NCBI GenBank assembly: GCA_951406725.2
Contig: OX597815.1
Span: forward strand, 71,548,001 to 71,612,000
Source: Octopus vulgaris
Lineage: Eukaryota
Length of the DNA: 64,000 bases
Direction of reading: 5' to 3'
How positions within the stretch are numbered: the stretch's first letter is position 1; every line of letters begins with the position of its first letter. Shown one piece after another: positions 1 to 13,635 of the stretch. Below the pieces are notes generated by a model that saw nothing but the letters and a program-made list of their open reading frames with translations, had not been told where the DNA came from and did not search any database. Position numbers and translations under genes: made by a program.

Positions 1-635
1 TAATGTTAAAGTTGCTGATTTGTGACAAATTTAAAGGAACCAAGTTTGGCGAAGTCTTGTCATCATCACCACCACTGCCACTACCACCATCATCATCATC
101 TCCATACCACTACCATCACTTTACATCTACCTGTCTGTGATGACATGTTGAGTTACAGTGGAAAATTGAAAGAATTCAAGCTACTTTTTATTAGCATTAT
201 AAGCATACAAATGTGTATGTATGTGCCTGTATTCATGCACCTGTATGTATGTATGTATGTATGTAATACTGAAAGCAGCATTCTTTTGTTGGTTTAGTAT
301 ATAGGCCATTTGAGCTTATTCAATTTTGAAGTTTTATGTTAATGAGTTGGAAAACATTTGTTGTGCATACATACATATATACATACATACATGCATGCTT
401 ATGCACACACACATATACCAGCCTTTCCTCTGTAAAACAGATAACTGCTGAGATCAAATTATTGTCTGATATCTTTTTATCCTATACATAAAAGATTGTA
501 GGTCATATATTTTCAGCTGGATTAGGGCCAAAATTCATGCTGCAAGAAATAAAAGTTTTGATGTGTGTATGTGTGTGTGTATAACTTCTCTGTGTGTGTG
601 TAGGTGCAAAAACATTGTGTAATTGATGGAAGCAT

Positions 636-1040
636 TACCTTTTATTTGTTTCAGTCATTGGATGGCAGCCAAGCTAGTACACTGCCTTAAAGGTTTAAGC
701 AAACAAATCAACCCCAGTGCTTTTTTTTTGAAAGTCTTAATTCTATCCATTTTTTTTTTTTTTTTGCCAAACTGCTCAGTTACTTGGACATGAAAACCAA
801 CAACAGTTTTCAATCAGTGGTGGGACATGTACACACACACACACACACACATATACATACATACATACAACAGGCCTCCATGCAGTTTCCGTCTGCCAAA
901 TTCACTCACATAGCATCGGTTTGCTGGTTGGCTCAGAGTTGGAGGAAGACACTTGTCAAAGGTGCCAAGCAGTGGGACTGAACTTGAAACCACATGATTG
1001 CAAAGAGAGCTTTTTAACCACTCAATCATGCTTGCACCTA
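636..1040 (-). mobile_element. tRNA-derived SINE, family A (degraded full-length copy)
   Basis: Matches the reverse complement of the well-preserved copy at 31688-32106 (ttgtttcagtcatt..., cagtttccgtctgccaaattcactcac..., cagtgggactgaac). Confidence 0.8.
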
Positions 1041-1330
1041 ACACTTATTGTCTGTTTTTCTTTGCAGGGTGGGGGGTTATTTTTAATTTAGTTCTCTTCT
1101 GCCTAATGTGTGCTGTAAGTCATTTGCATATTACAAAAAGATACAAAAGAAATCTTAGCACAATAAAAAAAGAAATTTAGAAAAAAGTAAGACTACCATC
1201 ACATTCAATTATATAGGCATTGTAAACATATTGAAGTGTTAAGCTAACATCTTCCAATTGACTACAAGTGTCTCTATGTACTGACTGATGTTAAGATAAA
1301 GCCTGGCTTGTGTGCATTTATGTATGACAA

Positions 1331-1363
<33 letters not shown>

Positions 1364-1545
1364 TACGTGTGCATGATTACATTAGAAACTACAAAATTCT
1401 CCCATTTCTGAATATTGTAAAGCTTAGAAAATAATTTATGTTGTCAACATATACTCACCCATTTAAGGATGATTAAAAAAAACAGCAGTGAAATGTTTGC
1501 ATGAGAGTTAATTGTTAGCGCCATGTGTGTGTGTGCATATGTGTG

Positions 1546-1577
<32 letters not shown>

Positions 1578-1744
1578 TATTTACATAGATATATACATAT
1601 ACACATTTGCATACATATATATGTATATATACACACACACATTTATATACATACATACATGCATACATTCATACATATGTATATATATCATTGCTATTAT
1701 GCAAAAGTGTCATAAATCCAAAACATTGCTTTTTCAGAAAATGG

Positions 1745-2002
1745 AAACAATAATTTCACCATTCCATAGCAAAACCGTTGTGCTACACTTTGACAATTTT
1801 TGATATCTTGGCATCTGAAGCAGCTGGAGATATGATAGTTTGACCAAAAGAACTGGCTAGCGACAACAAATTATATATATATTGCAATAGCCAGTTATTT
1901 TGGTCAAACTATTATATCTCCAGCAGCTTCAGATGCCAAGACATCAAAAATTGTCAAAGTGTAACACAACGGTTTTGCTATGGAATGGTGAAACTATTGT
2001 TT
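1745..2002. repeat. Long inverted repeat, 115-bp arms with 28-nt spacer
   Basis: Arm 1745-1859 is the reverse complement of 1888-2002 with about 6 mismatches by eye; spacer contains a short (TA)n. Confidence 0.95.
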
Positions 2003-2569
2003 TAATGTCTACTTTTCTATTTTCTATTTTGTATGGGTTAGATGGAGTTTATTGAGGCACATTTTCTACAGTTGGATGCCTTTCCTGTTGCCAACCCTAA
2101 CAAAGTAATAAATATATCCACAAGACCAGACAGGTACTGGAAAGGAATGAGATTGGTTGCATGACAGTGATATTCATTTATAGATATCACACAATGTCAA
2201 GAGAGGGACACACACACACACATGTATATGATGGGCTTCCACTCAGTTTTTGTCTACCAAATTGTCTCACAAGGCATTGGTCAGCCTGGGGCTGTAGGAG
2301 AAAACATTTGTCCAAGGTGCTTCACAATGGGATCGAACCCAAAGCCATGTGGTTGCAAAGCAAGCTTCTTAACTACACATCCATACCTAGGCCTATTTTG
2401 CATGTAAGGGAGCTGAAGATTTGTTGACAGAATTGACAAACAGCTCATTGCTCTCTCAGCAAATAGCTTTCATGGAGCACAAAAGTAAAGAAACACACAT
2501 ACGTACACACACACACACACACACACACATACACACACACACACTATCACAGGCTCCTTTCACTTTGCA

Positions 2570-2752
2570 TCTTCACATTCCTCCTTTGATTGCTTAGCAT
2601 GAACTTTTAATTTTTCTGTCTTGAAATAGCTACCAAGAAATATTCAGTCATTTTAATTCAGAACCCTTCATTCCACCACTTTTCCAACTTTTGTTTGTGT
2701 AACATTCCAAATTGCTGACACAAAACACATGTAATATCACACATTATTTCAC
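2570..2752 (+). repeat. 183-bp dispersed direct duplication, copy 1 (inside a SINE-A remnant)
   Basis: Identical to 5608-5790 except one substitution (ccaactttt vs ccaaccttt). Confidence 0.95.
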
Positions 2753-3184
2753 TCATGAAGCTTTGGTCTGGGGTTCCAGTACAAAGCACTTATCTAAGGT
2801 GCTGTACAAGGGGACTGAACCTAAAAGCCCACAAAATCAAGAATTCAACTTCTCAACTGCACAACCATGCTTGCACCACTCATCTCTGTCTCCCTCTTTC
2901 TCTTCCTCATTTTTTAAAAAAATTCTAACATCTTTGCATGGTGTTTTGTAAACCACAATCTCAGATACTTTAGAAAATTTTTCCAGTAAAATTCCAATGT
3001 TTCCTCTTGCACTGAGCACAAGAGCCAAATATATCAGTGGAGCCACTATAGAAATTATCCATATTCTGTTTAGTTCAGCTTTTTTTCTTACTATTATTAT
3101 TTTTTTTTTTTACTTATGAGAATCTCATCACATTTCTGATCTTTATTTCATTTCTTTTTTTCAACTTAACCTAACACATTTTTG

Positions 3185-3233
<49 letters not shown>

Positions 3234-4799
3234 ACACTCACACACATACACACACGTGTTCATTTTGTAGAAGTGATCACTAATCAAACTGCTATTTTGT
3301 TAGAAGAAAACCTGCTGCTGCTTCTCTCCCCCACCCCCTCGTTTAATTACCTATTTACTGTAAAGATCTGATATAGAAATCAATACACAGCACATAAGTA
3401 CGAATAGGTGTGTGTGTGTGTCCCCATGTCTTAATACACATACAAAGCTGTGCTGAATTTCTGTAGTTTGTTTTTCCTCTTCTTCACTACTCTCTCTCTC
3501 TCTCTTCTTCCTCCTCCTCTCTGTTTTAGAGTAGTATACTACTTTCAGTGTTATAATTGGCAGGAATCTGAGAAAGTGCTGAAGTAGCAATGATGGATTA
3601 TGATATTGTCATTTCTAGTATCCTCATCATCACTGTCATTGCCATCATCATCATTAGGAGCACTACCACCACCACCACCACCATCATTACTATCACTTTC
3701 ATCATCACCATCATCATCGTCATCTCTCCCAGTAAACCATGTGATAGAAACGTGTTTTGAGATTAAACTACTTAGAGGCAATAAAAATAAAACTGTTTGT
3801 CTTGTACACTAACGCGATAAATAGTATCAGTCACTTGACCTCTTCTGATCGATTTTAGTCATCAATGTGATCAGTTGTATTGATTTCCACAAGAGATGGA
3901 AATGAGATTTGTCATGTTCATGCTTTTCCAAGAGCATTAGTATTGTTACTGAAGCGAAATAGTTAAATATTGAGGTCAACACCTCAAGTTCAAATCTTGT
4001 TTATGAGAGTTTACCATCTTCTGTATTTTTGCCTCACCAAAGAAGAATCATAACCTAAGTAGTGTTTCTCATAGAGAATATCTATGAACTAGATAGGAAG
4101 AGCACCTAACCATAGAAGCCATACCAAAGCAGATAATGAAACTGGGGCATGGCTTAGTCTTTGAACCCATCATATCCTATCAGACTGTCCCACTCCTGCC
4201 AGCAAGGAATATGAATGTTAAATAATGGTGGTGAATGGCATCACCAACATTGACTTTTGCATTGAGTGCCACTGTCATCTTTGGGCTGGTTCCTCCTCTG
4301 TGTGTCTTACCTTGCTTGATCAAAATCAGAATCAAGTTGTTAACATGGTAAACCCTCTTCTTTCATCTAAATTATGTCTTTGATTCGTCATCAAAATGTA
4401 TCTTTGGTGTATCTTCTCTACAAGTATTTCCATGGTCATTGCCCATGATGAGCTTTCTGGTCTAGTACCTTCTGTCAAGACCTTTAAACTTATCACCCAT
4501 TTCTCTTTGCAAATGCATCATTTCTCTTTTTGAGTTTCCTTTTATTCTAATAGCTTCTTTCCTCGAACAGCTGCTCTCTGGAAATCATTACCAATGTCTT
4601 TTTTTTCTTCTTGTCTATGATATTTGGTGCTCTAAGCTTTCTGTCAATTGACACCTTTTGAATTTGTAGGCCCTTCTTCTTTTCCTTCTTTGTAGTCCCT
4701 CATGCTACAGTGGTTTCAATCCTTGTTTGGAACAAAATCAATCAACATAAAAATGTAGGTTGTAAAGATATACAATGTATGGCATTGCATCTCCCCTCA

Positions 4800-4830
<31 letters not shown>

Positions 4831-5074
4831 ATCAGTATGCTATTTATTGTATATTTATATATGCTCAAATCTATGATAATGAATTTCAGCTGGTTTTCTA
4901 TGGCAGGATGCCCTCCCTAATGCCAACCACTCCAAGAGTGTAATGGGTGCTTTTATGAGCCACAAGCACAGGTGCCATTTGCATGACACTGGTATCTGCC
5001 ACAAGTGTGATTTTGCTCAGCTTGATGGGCCTTCTTAAGCATGATATAATTCCAAAGGTCTTGATCATTGTCCT

Positions 5075-5278
5075 AAACAGACAGGTAAAGATGTACCTCA
5101 ATGTACAAGTGGATAGAAACTGGGGAAGAGGAAGATTAAAGATGAAATGGTTGATTGCAGGATGTTGGATTTTATACAAGAGATGACAAAAAAATACAAC
5201 AGATGGTGAGATTTTGTGTTCGAAAGGACATGTATAACCTATGCAAACATGGAGAAGCTGGCGTAAAAATGATGATGT
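5075..5278 (+). mobile_element. Degraded RTE LINE C-terminus and 3' tail fragment
   Basis: Translates VDRNWGRGRLKMKW (compare VEGIRGRGRPRKTW in the 53300 ORF) and ends in ...gtaaaaatgatgatg. Confidence 0.55.
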
Positions 5279-5607
5279 CCTAATGTTTAAAGATCCAAAA
5301 ATATGTTTGTTAGTTTTAGGATTTTCATCATCATCTATTAATGTTTTCCATACTGGCATAAGTTGGACAGTTTGACTGAATCTGACATGTCACTGGTCTG
5401 TGTCAAGCTCAAGTGTCAGCTTTTGCATGGTTTCTACAGCTGAATGCCCTTCCTGCCATATTGTTGAGCAGAAATGAGATTTGACTGCCATATTGGCTGG
5501 TTGAGCAACTCTGTGCAGCCTGTCTCACTGTGTCAAGAAATTGACTCAATAAACCCATTCTCTTTTTTTAGTATTCCATTCAAAATATTTAGATTTGACA
5601 CAGGAAG

Positions 5608-5790
5608 TCTTCACATTCCTCCTTTGATTGCTTAGCATGAACTTTTAATTTTTCTGTCTTGAAATAGCTACCAAGAAATATTCAGTCATTTTAATTCAGA
5701 ACCCTTCATTCCACCACTTTTCCAACCTTTGTTTGTGTAACATTCCAAATTGCTGACACAAAACACATGTAATATCACACATTATTTCAC
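5608..5790 (+). repeat. 183-bp dispersed direct duplication, copy 2 (probable donor)
   Basis: Near-identical to 2570-2752. Confidence 0.95.
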
Positions 5791-6303
5791 ATCATATCAT
5801 TCACAACTCCACATTGACTGACAAAAGACCTACAGATGTTAGAATCCTGATGACACCAGTACTGGTTGATCATCATCATTTAATGTCTGTTTTCCATGGA
5901 TTGGAGGGTTTAATTGTATCCAGCAAGCAGCTGGGCTGCTCCGATCTCCAATGTCAGCTTTGGTATCGTTTCTACAGCAGGATGCTCTTCCTAATGCTAG
6001 ACTATACAGTAAGTACTGAGTGTTTTTTTTTCATGCCACTTACATGATAGTGGGATGTATAAAAATGTACCACTGGAAACTAATTTTGTAAGAACACTTG
6101 TCCATACTACTTTATACTCAGTTGATATTATTCTGCTCACACAAATATCTAAACTCCTAACCAATGCATACAGTAGTATAGCATGTTGTTTTCATAACAC
6201 TAAGTAAATAATGTCCAAATTAAAACAATAAATAAACACTGTATAAGCAAAACATTGGGTTAAAATTTAAAATATAACAAACTCTCTGTGACACCTGCAC
6301 ACA

Positions 6304-6708
6304 ACTCTTTTACTTGTTTCAGTCATTTGACTGCAGCCATGCTGGAGCACCGCCTTTAGTCGAGCAAATCAACCCCAGGACTTATTCTTTGTAAGCCTAG
6401 TACTTATTCTATCGGTCTTTTTTGCCGAACCGCTAAGTTACGGGGACATAAACACACCAACATTGGTTGTCAAGCGATGTTGGGGGGACAAACACAGATA
6501 CATAACACATACACACACACACACACACACACGCATATATATATACGACAAGCATCTTTCAGTTTCCGTCTACCAAATCCACTCAAGGCTTTGGTCGGCC
6601 TGAGGCTATAGTAGAAGACACTTGCCCAAGGTGCCACGTAGTGGGACTGAACTCGGAACCATGTGGTTGATAAGCAAGCTACTTACCACACAGCCACTCC
6701 TGTGCCTA
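6304..6708 (-). mobile_element. tRNA-derived SINE, family A, young full-length copy
   Basis: High identity to 31688-32106 on the opposite strand, CpGs retained, internal (CA)n/(TA)n tract, Pol III A/B-box-like head. Confidence 0.92.
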
Positions 6709-6799
6709 TATATACAACTATTTCACTTTTCCAAGTAGATTTTGTCCTCCACACTTAATGCAGACCAGCACAAAATACATAACCAAATCCTATCTAACA

Positions 6800-6995
6800 T
6801 AAGCACAAGACCTGAAATTTTAGGAGAGGGAACAAGTTGATTACATTGACCACAGTGTTCAACTGATAATTATTTCATCAAGCCCAAAAGGATGAAAGGC
6901 AAAGTCAATCTCGAAAGAATTTGAGCTCAGAATGTAGAGATGGATGAAATGCTGCTAAGCATTTTGTCCAGTGTGCTAGCAGTACTGCCAGCTTA
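6800..6995 (-). mobile_element. tRNA-derived SINE, family B
   Basis: aaaggatgaaaggcaaagtcaatctc...gaatttgagctcagaatgt is the reverse complement of the family B core seen at 13158-13378. Confidence 0.8.
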
Positions 6996-7971
6996 TCATG
7001 TTTCTGTTTTAACAATGAGGTCTTGAAAATACATAACCAGATAAGTACAAAAATACCCGGCTTTTTACATTTGTGTGTGTTTGTATGCATGTGGTTGCAT
7101 GGTGATTTCAGGTTCAGTCCAACTGCATGGCACCTTAGGCAATTGTCTTCTACTATAGCCCCAGGCTGAACAAAACCTCGTGAGTGGATTTGATTGCAGA
7201 AAGTTGGCATGTGTGTATGTATGTGTACACTCACTCATACACAGATCTTTCCAAATAGATTTTCTCTTCCATACTTAATCCAGACCAGCACAAAACAATC
7301 AAATAGCCACAAAATCAATTTCCTCTTTCCATTCACCTTTAATAACTCTTGATAAAACAAACCTACCGCCTTACTAACTGGGTTGATCAGGACCAAGGTA
7401 TTTCTTCTACACATCAGCTTAGATGTACTGGAAAATTGGTCAGAATATTCTTTGACCACCTGACTGCATTCCACATGACCAAACATTGCCTAAAGAATGT
7501 GCAATAGAGCCCTAAATTAAACTGGAAGGATTAGCATTCAATTCAATTCAATCCTGTATGTCATATTTTCAGTTGGATACCTTAGATTCCAGCAGCTCTG
7601 ATTCTGATTTATGTCCTTGCAATAGCAATATTTCAACTACCTCCATTTGTGTATGTTCCATTGTTGAGTTGGATAGTTTCCCCTCTGTGACAATGTTTTA
7701 TGGAAATTGATTTATTATTCATAATAAGGATAACATGATAACATTACTTTTTTTTTTTCTCAAAGTTAGCCTCTGCTGTTTGCTAAGCCCTAAATAGTTG
7801 ACTTTAGAGATAGCAATACTGTTGTTGCATATGGTTATTGTTCTCTTCCATTTCAGGCTGTCTCATTTCACATCTTTTTTCCACCTTTCTGACCTAAAAA
7901 AGAATTTAGAAAATATCAATTGACCATTGTAAATCCAATTAACTGATCAATATCAAAAATCAGCACACACA

Positions 7972-7972
7972 C

Positions 7973-8058
<86 letters not shown>
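7972..8058. repeat. Compound (CT)n(TA)n microsatellite
   Basis: Seen directly. Confidence 0.95.
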
Positions 8059-8261
8059 TTATCACAAATTTCTGCTGACATGCAAGAGAGTGGACATTAT
8101 AGGGGAGCAACAATGGTTATGTTTCTGTAAGTTTTGAGATTAATTATTATTACTAGGATTGTAAAATGTTGTGAAACAATCATATCCTTCACAGAAAATT
8201 ATACAGAAACCCTCCAAAACCTCTACTGTGTGTGTGGTGGTGGTAGTGGTGGGGAAGGGGT

Positions 8262-8420
8262 GCTGTGGCTATGAGGTTAAGATGCTTGCTTCCCAACCAC
8301 ATGGTATTGGGTTCAGTCCCACTGTGTGGCACCTTGGGTAAGTGTCCTCTACTATAGTCTCAGGTCAACCAAAGCCTTGTGAGTAGATTTGGTAGCTGGA
8401 AACTTCAAGAAGCACCTCAT
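8262..8420 (+). mobile_element. SINE family A, 5' half
   Basis: gggttcagtcccactgtgtggcaccttgggtaagtgtcctctactatag...gatttggtagctggaaact followed by (TA)n. Confidence 0.85.
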
Positions 8421-8421
8421 A

Positions 8422-8467
<46 letters not shown>

Positions 8468-9369
8468 TATGAGGGCACATGGCCTAGTGGTTGGGAGAGT
8501 CCATCATATATAAATATATATATATATATATACCCTCTCACCTATGGCGTATACAGGTGCTTACACTTATCAAGTATTCAACCTAAATTTACAGTACCTA
8601 CCTTATATATATGTGTGTGTGTGTGTGTATGTGTGTGTAGAAAGGGTTAAAATCTACACTGTCTTCCTGAAGCACATCACTTCTTCCAGTACTCCAAAGT
8701 CATATGTTATATTTGCGTGAAGTATGTGAAAATTCTGGAAAATATCTTCAGCAGAATAATTACATCACAAAACAGGAGATCAGAGAATAAGTGGTGAATA
8801 AATAATACCAAAAATATTTTTCAATTTCCTGATTTGATATATGTAAATATGTGTATGTTTGTGTCTCCTTGTTTTGACATGGCATGGCAGTTGCATACAA
8901 AACGTCATTCATTTCCAATATTCTGCGAGAACTTGCTTGGCTATGGGGAAATATTGTGTTGCTTGGAAAAAGATGAGGATTGGCAACAGGAAGGACATCC
9001 AGGCATAGAAAATCTTCTTCAATAAACTCCAACCAACCCATGCAAACATGGAAAAGTGGTCATTAAAACAATGATGATGGTGATGACGTATTACGTCACA
9101 GAATGGTTAGAATTAACTAACCGATTCCATTATCCCATTACAGGTATCATCAAATAACAAATGCATTTTATATATATATATATGCTTCTCCCCCCACCTA
9201 GATGCCTGTTACAAAAGCAAACAGTATACTTCATTGTTCAATAATAGGGAACAGGTTTTGAAATTGAGGATTAGATGCATAATGGCCATTCAGAATATTA
9301 ACTTCCATCAATATTTCCGCTAGTCTAATTCCATCTCCAGCTGCCATATTTTACATATATACGATTTTG

Positions 9370-9625
9370 TGTTTGGTGATGTTGGCAGTGATCGTGGTGG
9401 TGGTGGTGGTAGTAATGATGATGATGGTGGTATCAATGGTGATGATGATATTGGTGATGTTGGGGATGGTGGTAGTGGTGATGCTGATAATGGTGGGGGA
9501 TGGTGGCTGAGGTGATGGTGTTGGTGATGATGGTGGTAGTGGTAATAGTGATGGTAATGGTGATATTTTTGGTGACGAGGATGATGGCAGTGATGTTTGT
9601 CGTTGTCATTGTCGTCATGGTGACT
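9370..9625. repeat. Degenerate (GAT/GGT)n trinucleotide low-complexity tract
   Basis: Seen directly; source of the His/Pro/Thr-rich spurious ORFs. Confidence 0.85.
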
Positions 9626-10949
9626 ACAGGGATAGTGGCAAGCTGGATCTGTTCGATAGAAGAAAAAGAGATGATGAAAAACTGCATGGAGAGACACACC
9701 ACTGGATTTAATGGGACATTACCAACATCTGCAACATTCTTGATGGAGATAAAAACAGTTAGAGCAAATAATCAAGTAATATATAGCACTTTTTTAATCA
9801 ACCACAAAGATTAAAAAGGGAAAGCTAGATGTGATGATGGTCATGCCTTGACTTACATTATTAATGATCTACATTTAAAACATCCCAATTTAGAGACCAT
9901 TCGGACTAGTTTACAAACTAGGTTTACTATGAACATATTACTATACAACAGAGCACATTCACTGCGAAGAGAGAGGACGACACACACACATACACAGAGA
10001 AACACATACATTCAAAATGGGCTTCCATACAGTTCAGCTTACAAACTCTATTCTCATAGCTAACTTCAGCCTGCAGCTATAATAGAAAGTACTTGTGGCA
10101 TGTATTGTGTGGCAGGACTGAACCCAAAAGTACACGTTTACAAAGCAAACTTCTTAACCAAACAGCCAAACCTGCAAATATATATATATATTATCATCAT
10201 CATTATTTGACATCCATCTTCCATGCATATATGTATGTGTGTGTGTGTTGTATGTGGATAGTGTTGATGATAATATAGTCCTTGTATTAATGTCTAAAAA
10301 ATCCTATGGGCAGCCTTTACTTTTAATCCTTGGGTTTTGGTGGGATTTGTTTAGCCTAATAGTTATACTCTATTATTTATAGCATTATCTACTTTAAGCC
10401 TCCCACCTCCCATTGGAAACAATTTATATTAAAATTAGTTTGGAAGAAAAAAACTAATAAAAACCATTTCTGCTGACACTAGATGTGGTTGGTACTAAGT
10501 TTATTTACTGTGCTGGTACTAACAAAGTGTGACTGCTACACAACTACTTGTTCTAACACTCCATTACTGTTGTTGTCAATGTCTTGACTATAATAAAAGA
10601 CCTGTTCTCACTGATTTTGTTGGAGCAAATCAGTGGAAGAGAGGAAGCAATAGATATTGTCTGACATTGTCGCCAACATGAACATATTGTTAACTAATTT
10701 CCTACAACTTTTCTCAAACAGTTTTTTCTTGATAGATCTTAGTGTTTCACTTACTATGTTAAACATTTCCTCCTTACATTAACACTATTATTAGTGAACA
10801 AGACAAGAAATGGACTAATTCTTCATAGAGGCAGGACAGCAGGAAAGGTTGAGTGATTCTTCTTCAATTGACATTGTTACTACAAGAGTACCAAGATAAT
10901 TCAGTGTAATATGCAAGTATGAAGCAATTAGATGTGTTCTCCTTAACAT

Positions 10950-11065
10950 TGCCTTGAAGAACTTTTAGTCAAATGAATCAACCCCAGTACCTTTTTTCTG
11001 AAGCCTGGTACAGGGATGTAAACAAACCAACACCAGTTGTCAAGCAGTGATGGGGGACAAAGACA

Positions 11066-11109
<44 letters not shown>

Positions 11110-11265
11110 ACAGGCTTCTTTCAGTTTCCGTCTACCAAATCTACTCACAAGGCTTTACTTGGCCCATGGTAATAGTAGAAGACACTTGCCCTGCAATGGG
11201 ACTGAACCTGGATTCATGTGGTTTGGAAGCAAGCTTCTTACCACACAGCCACACCTGCACCTATA
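10950..11265 (-). mobile_element. SINE family A with internal deletions
   Basis: caggcttctttcagtttccgtctaccaaatctactcacaaggc...cttaccacacagccacacctgcacc. Confidence 0.85.
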
Positions 11266-11954
11266 TATAAGTTTTTAGTGCGTTTACAGTTTATGGGAGG
11301 CCCAATTTAAAATACAGGATCCAGAATGATTTTTTTTTAAACATTTTTTGTGGGGTGGGGAAGAAAAGTATGTCTTACACACCCTCAAATACAGTAACTC
11401 TCATTCTCTTAAACTTATAAAACACCAACTAAAAATTGACCCTTCTAAACACTCCTTAAAGATCATAAAAACATTGAAATTCTCTTCCTTGTCAATAGCA
11501 CTAAAAGGGTGTTCTTCCTTTATCCAATCCGATCTTTTGTTTCAATCCAGTCAATTCTTTACACACAAAATTCGAAAACATTTGTGCTTTTCTTTTCCAT
11601 TTCTTTATTTTTTTTTACCATTCTTCTTTCATTTTCCTTTGCTTTTCCTCTTTTATTCTTATTCCCATTCTCTACCTTCTGTTTTGAATTTGTTAATTTT
11701 TCTAGGGTTTTCATTTTTGAAATTTTTAGTTTTAAATTTTAAAAAATCCTGCTAATCACATAAGAGAAAATTTAACAACAAAAACAACAACAAAAACTAA
11801 AGAAAACTAATGAACAAATAAAAAAAAATCTTGTTTTGAGGAAAAACAAGGAATTGGAATTGTAAAAAAAATGTCAAGGTGACATGAATAAGAAGAGAGA
11901 GTGTATGTGTGGGTGTAGGTGTGACTGTACATGAGTATGTGTGTATGTGCACAA

Positions 11955-12193
11955 GTGTGTATGTGTGTCTGTAGGGGGTGTGAGTGTACAAGTGTGTGTC
12001 TGTGGGGGTGTGTATGAGTGTATATGAGTGTGTGTATGTGTGTCTGTAGGGGGTGTGAGTGTACAAGTGTGTGTCTGTGGGGGTGTGTATGAGTGTATAT
12101 GAGTGTGTGTATGTGTGTCTGTAGGGGGTGTGAGTGTACAAGTGTGTGTCTGTGGGGGTGTGTATGAGTGTATATGAGTGTGTGTATGTGTGT
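11955..12193. repeat. GT-rich minisatellite, 75-bp unit, about 3.2 identical copies
   Basis: gtagggggtgtgagtgtacaag recurs at 11971, 12046 and 12121. Confidence 0.95.
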
Positions 12194-13157
12194 GTGTAGT
12201 TAGAAGGGATGAAAAAATATAAATATGAATTTTTAAAAGTTTGGATGGATATCTGTTATTAAGATTAGATAAATGCTGCAAAAATAGATTTATTTATTTT
12301 GGTACAACATCGGAGGAATTTTTTCTGAAGTGTGGGTGGGTAGGGGTGTGCATGTATGAGGGAAAGAGAGAGAAAGAATGTAGGTGTGTGTGTGTGTTGT
12401 GTATATGTAAAAGGGAAATAATTTGTCTAGGTGTGTTTGTGTGTGTGTCAGTTTGTGTAGGTGTGAAGTTGTGTGTATGAGAGAGAGAGAGAGAGAGGTG
12501 GGGAGAGAGTTTGTGTAGGTGTTGTGTGTCTGAAAGGAGAAAATAATTTGTGTGTGTGTGTTGAATACAAGCATGTGTGTGTGTGTGAAATGAGATGAAA
12601 AGAGATATTTTGTGCAGAAATGGAAAATGGTATGTACCGGTGTTTGGGAGGTGTGTGAGGGGTCATGGAAGGGGAGGGTGTAAGGGGGTGTAATTAGGTT
12701 GTGTTTATGTGTATGTGTGTAGTGGTGGAGATATCTATTTGTATAGAATGGATGAAGGTGTGTATGATTTGTTTGAAGGAGTTTGTCAGAGAAAAATATA
12801 ATTGTGTATATGTGAAAGTGTATGTGTGAAAATGGATTGATTTGTGTTTACATCAGGGCAATAGTATATTGGATGTATGGGGAGAGTAGATATAGTAGTG
12901 TGGTGGGAGATAGTGTGTAGAATTCTATGGAAGGGAGGGCATAGGAATGTGTGAAGTGAAGTCAGTGTTTGTGTATTTGACACTCCAGGAACAGTCACTG
13001 GATGTGTGCATGTGAACATGTAGATAATGTAGTGTGTGTGTGTGTAAAAGAAAGAGAAGGGGAGAGAGAGAGAGAGTCTGTGCAGGAAGGTGATCCAGTG
13101 TCTGTATATGAGAGAAAGAGACAGTGAGTGCATATATATGATGGTAATCCTGTATGT

Positions 13158-13378
13158 GGGCAGCGAGCTGGCAGAAACGTTAGCACGCCGGGTGTAATGC
13201 ATAGCTGTATTTCGTCTGCCGTTAGGTTCTGAGTTCAAATTCCGCCGAGGTCAACTTTGCCTTTCATCCTTTCGGGGTCAATAAATTAAGTACCAGTTAC
13301 GCACTGGGGTCGATGTAATCGACTTAATCTGTTTGTCCCCTCTATGTTTAGCCCCTTGTGGATAATAAAGAAATAGGT
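13158..13378 (+). mobile_element. tRNA-derived SINE, family B, best-preserved copy
   Basis: A-box-like gagctggcagaaacgttag, B-box gagttcaaattcc, core gcctttcatcctttcggggtcaataaattaagtaccag; many homologues in the window. Confidence 0.92.
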
Positions 13379-13635
13379 AGGTGTGTTAGTTGTCCTTGAG
13401 TGCATAAGTTAGTCAAAAGGTGTGTGTAAGAATAAATCAGATTGTGTTAGTGTATGAGATGTATTTGTGTAGGTGGCTGAATCAAGTTTGTAGGAATGTA
13501 TTTAAGGGAGGAGGATGCTCTATTCAAAAAGCTATGAATGAAAGATATTTGGCGCAATTTGGACTAAATTATTTTATCATTATTGTTGTTGTTGTTGTTA
13601 TTACTATCACTGACAACACCACCACTGCTGTTATT

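Noticed and set aside
7235-7486. 83-aa minus-strand ORF as a host exon or LINE fragment
   Set aside because: No motif I can identify with confidence
9320-9814. His/Pro/Thr/Val-rich ORFs (also near 22-297, 3551-3812, 34502-34810, 47355-47789)
   Set aside because: Stop-free trinucleotide low-complexity sequence with no domain signal or convincing splice context
11797-12281. Repetitive Thr/His/Pro ORFs
   Set aside because: Arise from the 75-bp GT-rich minisatellite
13158-13250. tRNA genes at SINE heads (also 31688 and 56622)
   Set aside because: A/B boxes are present but there is no complete cloverleaf, and they run straight into SINE cores
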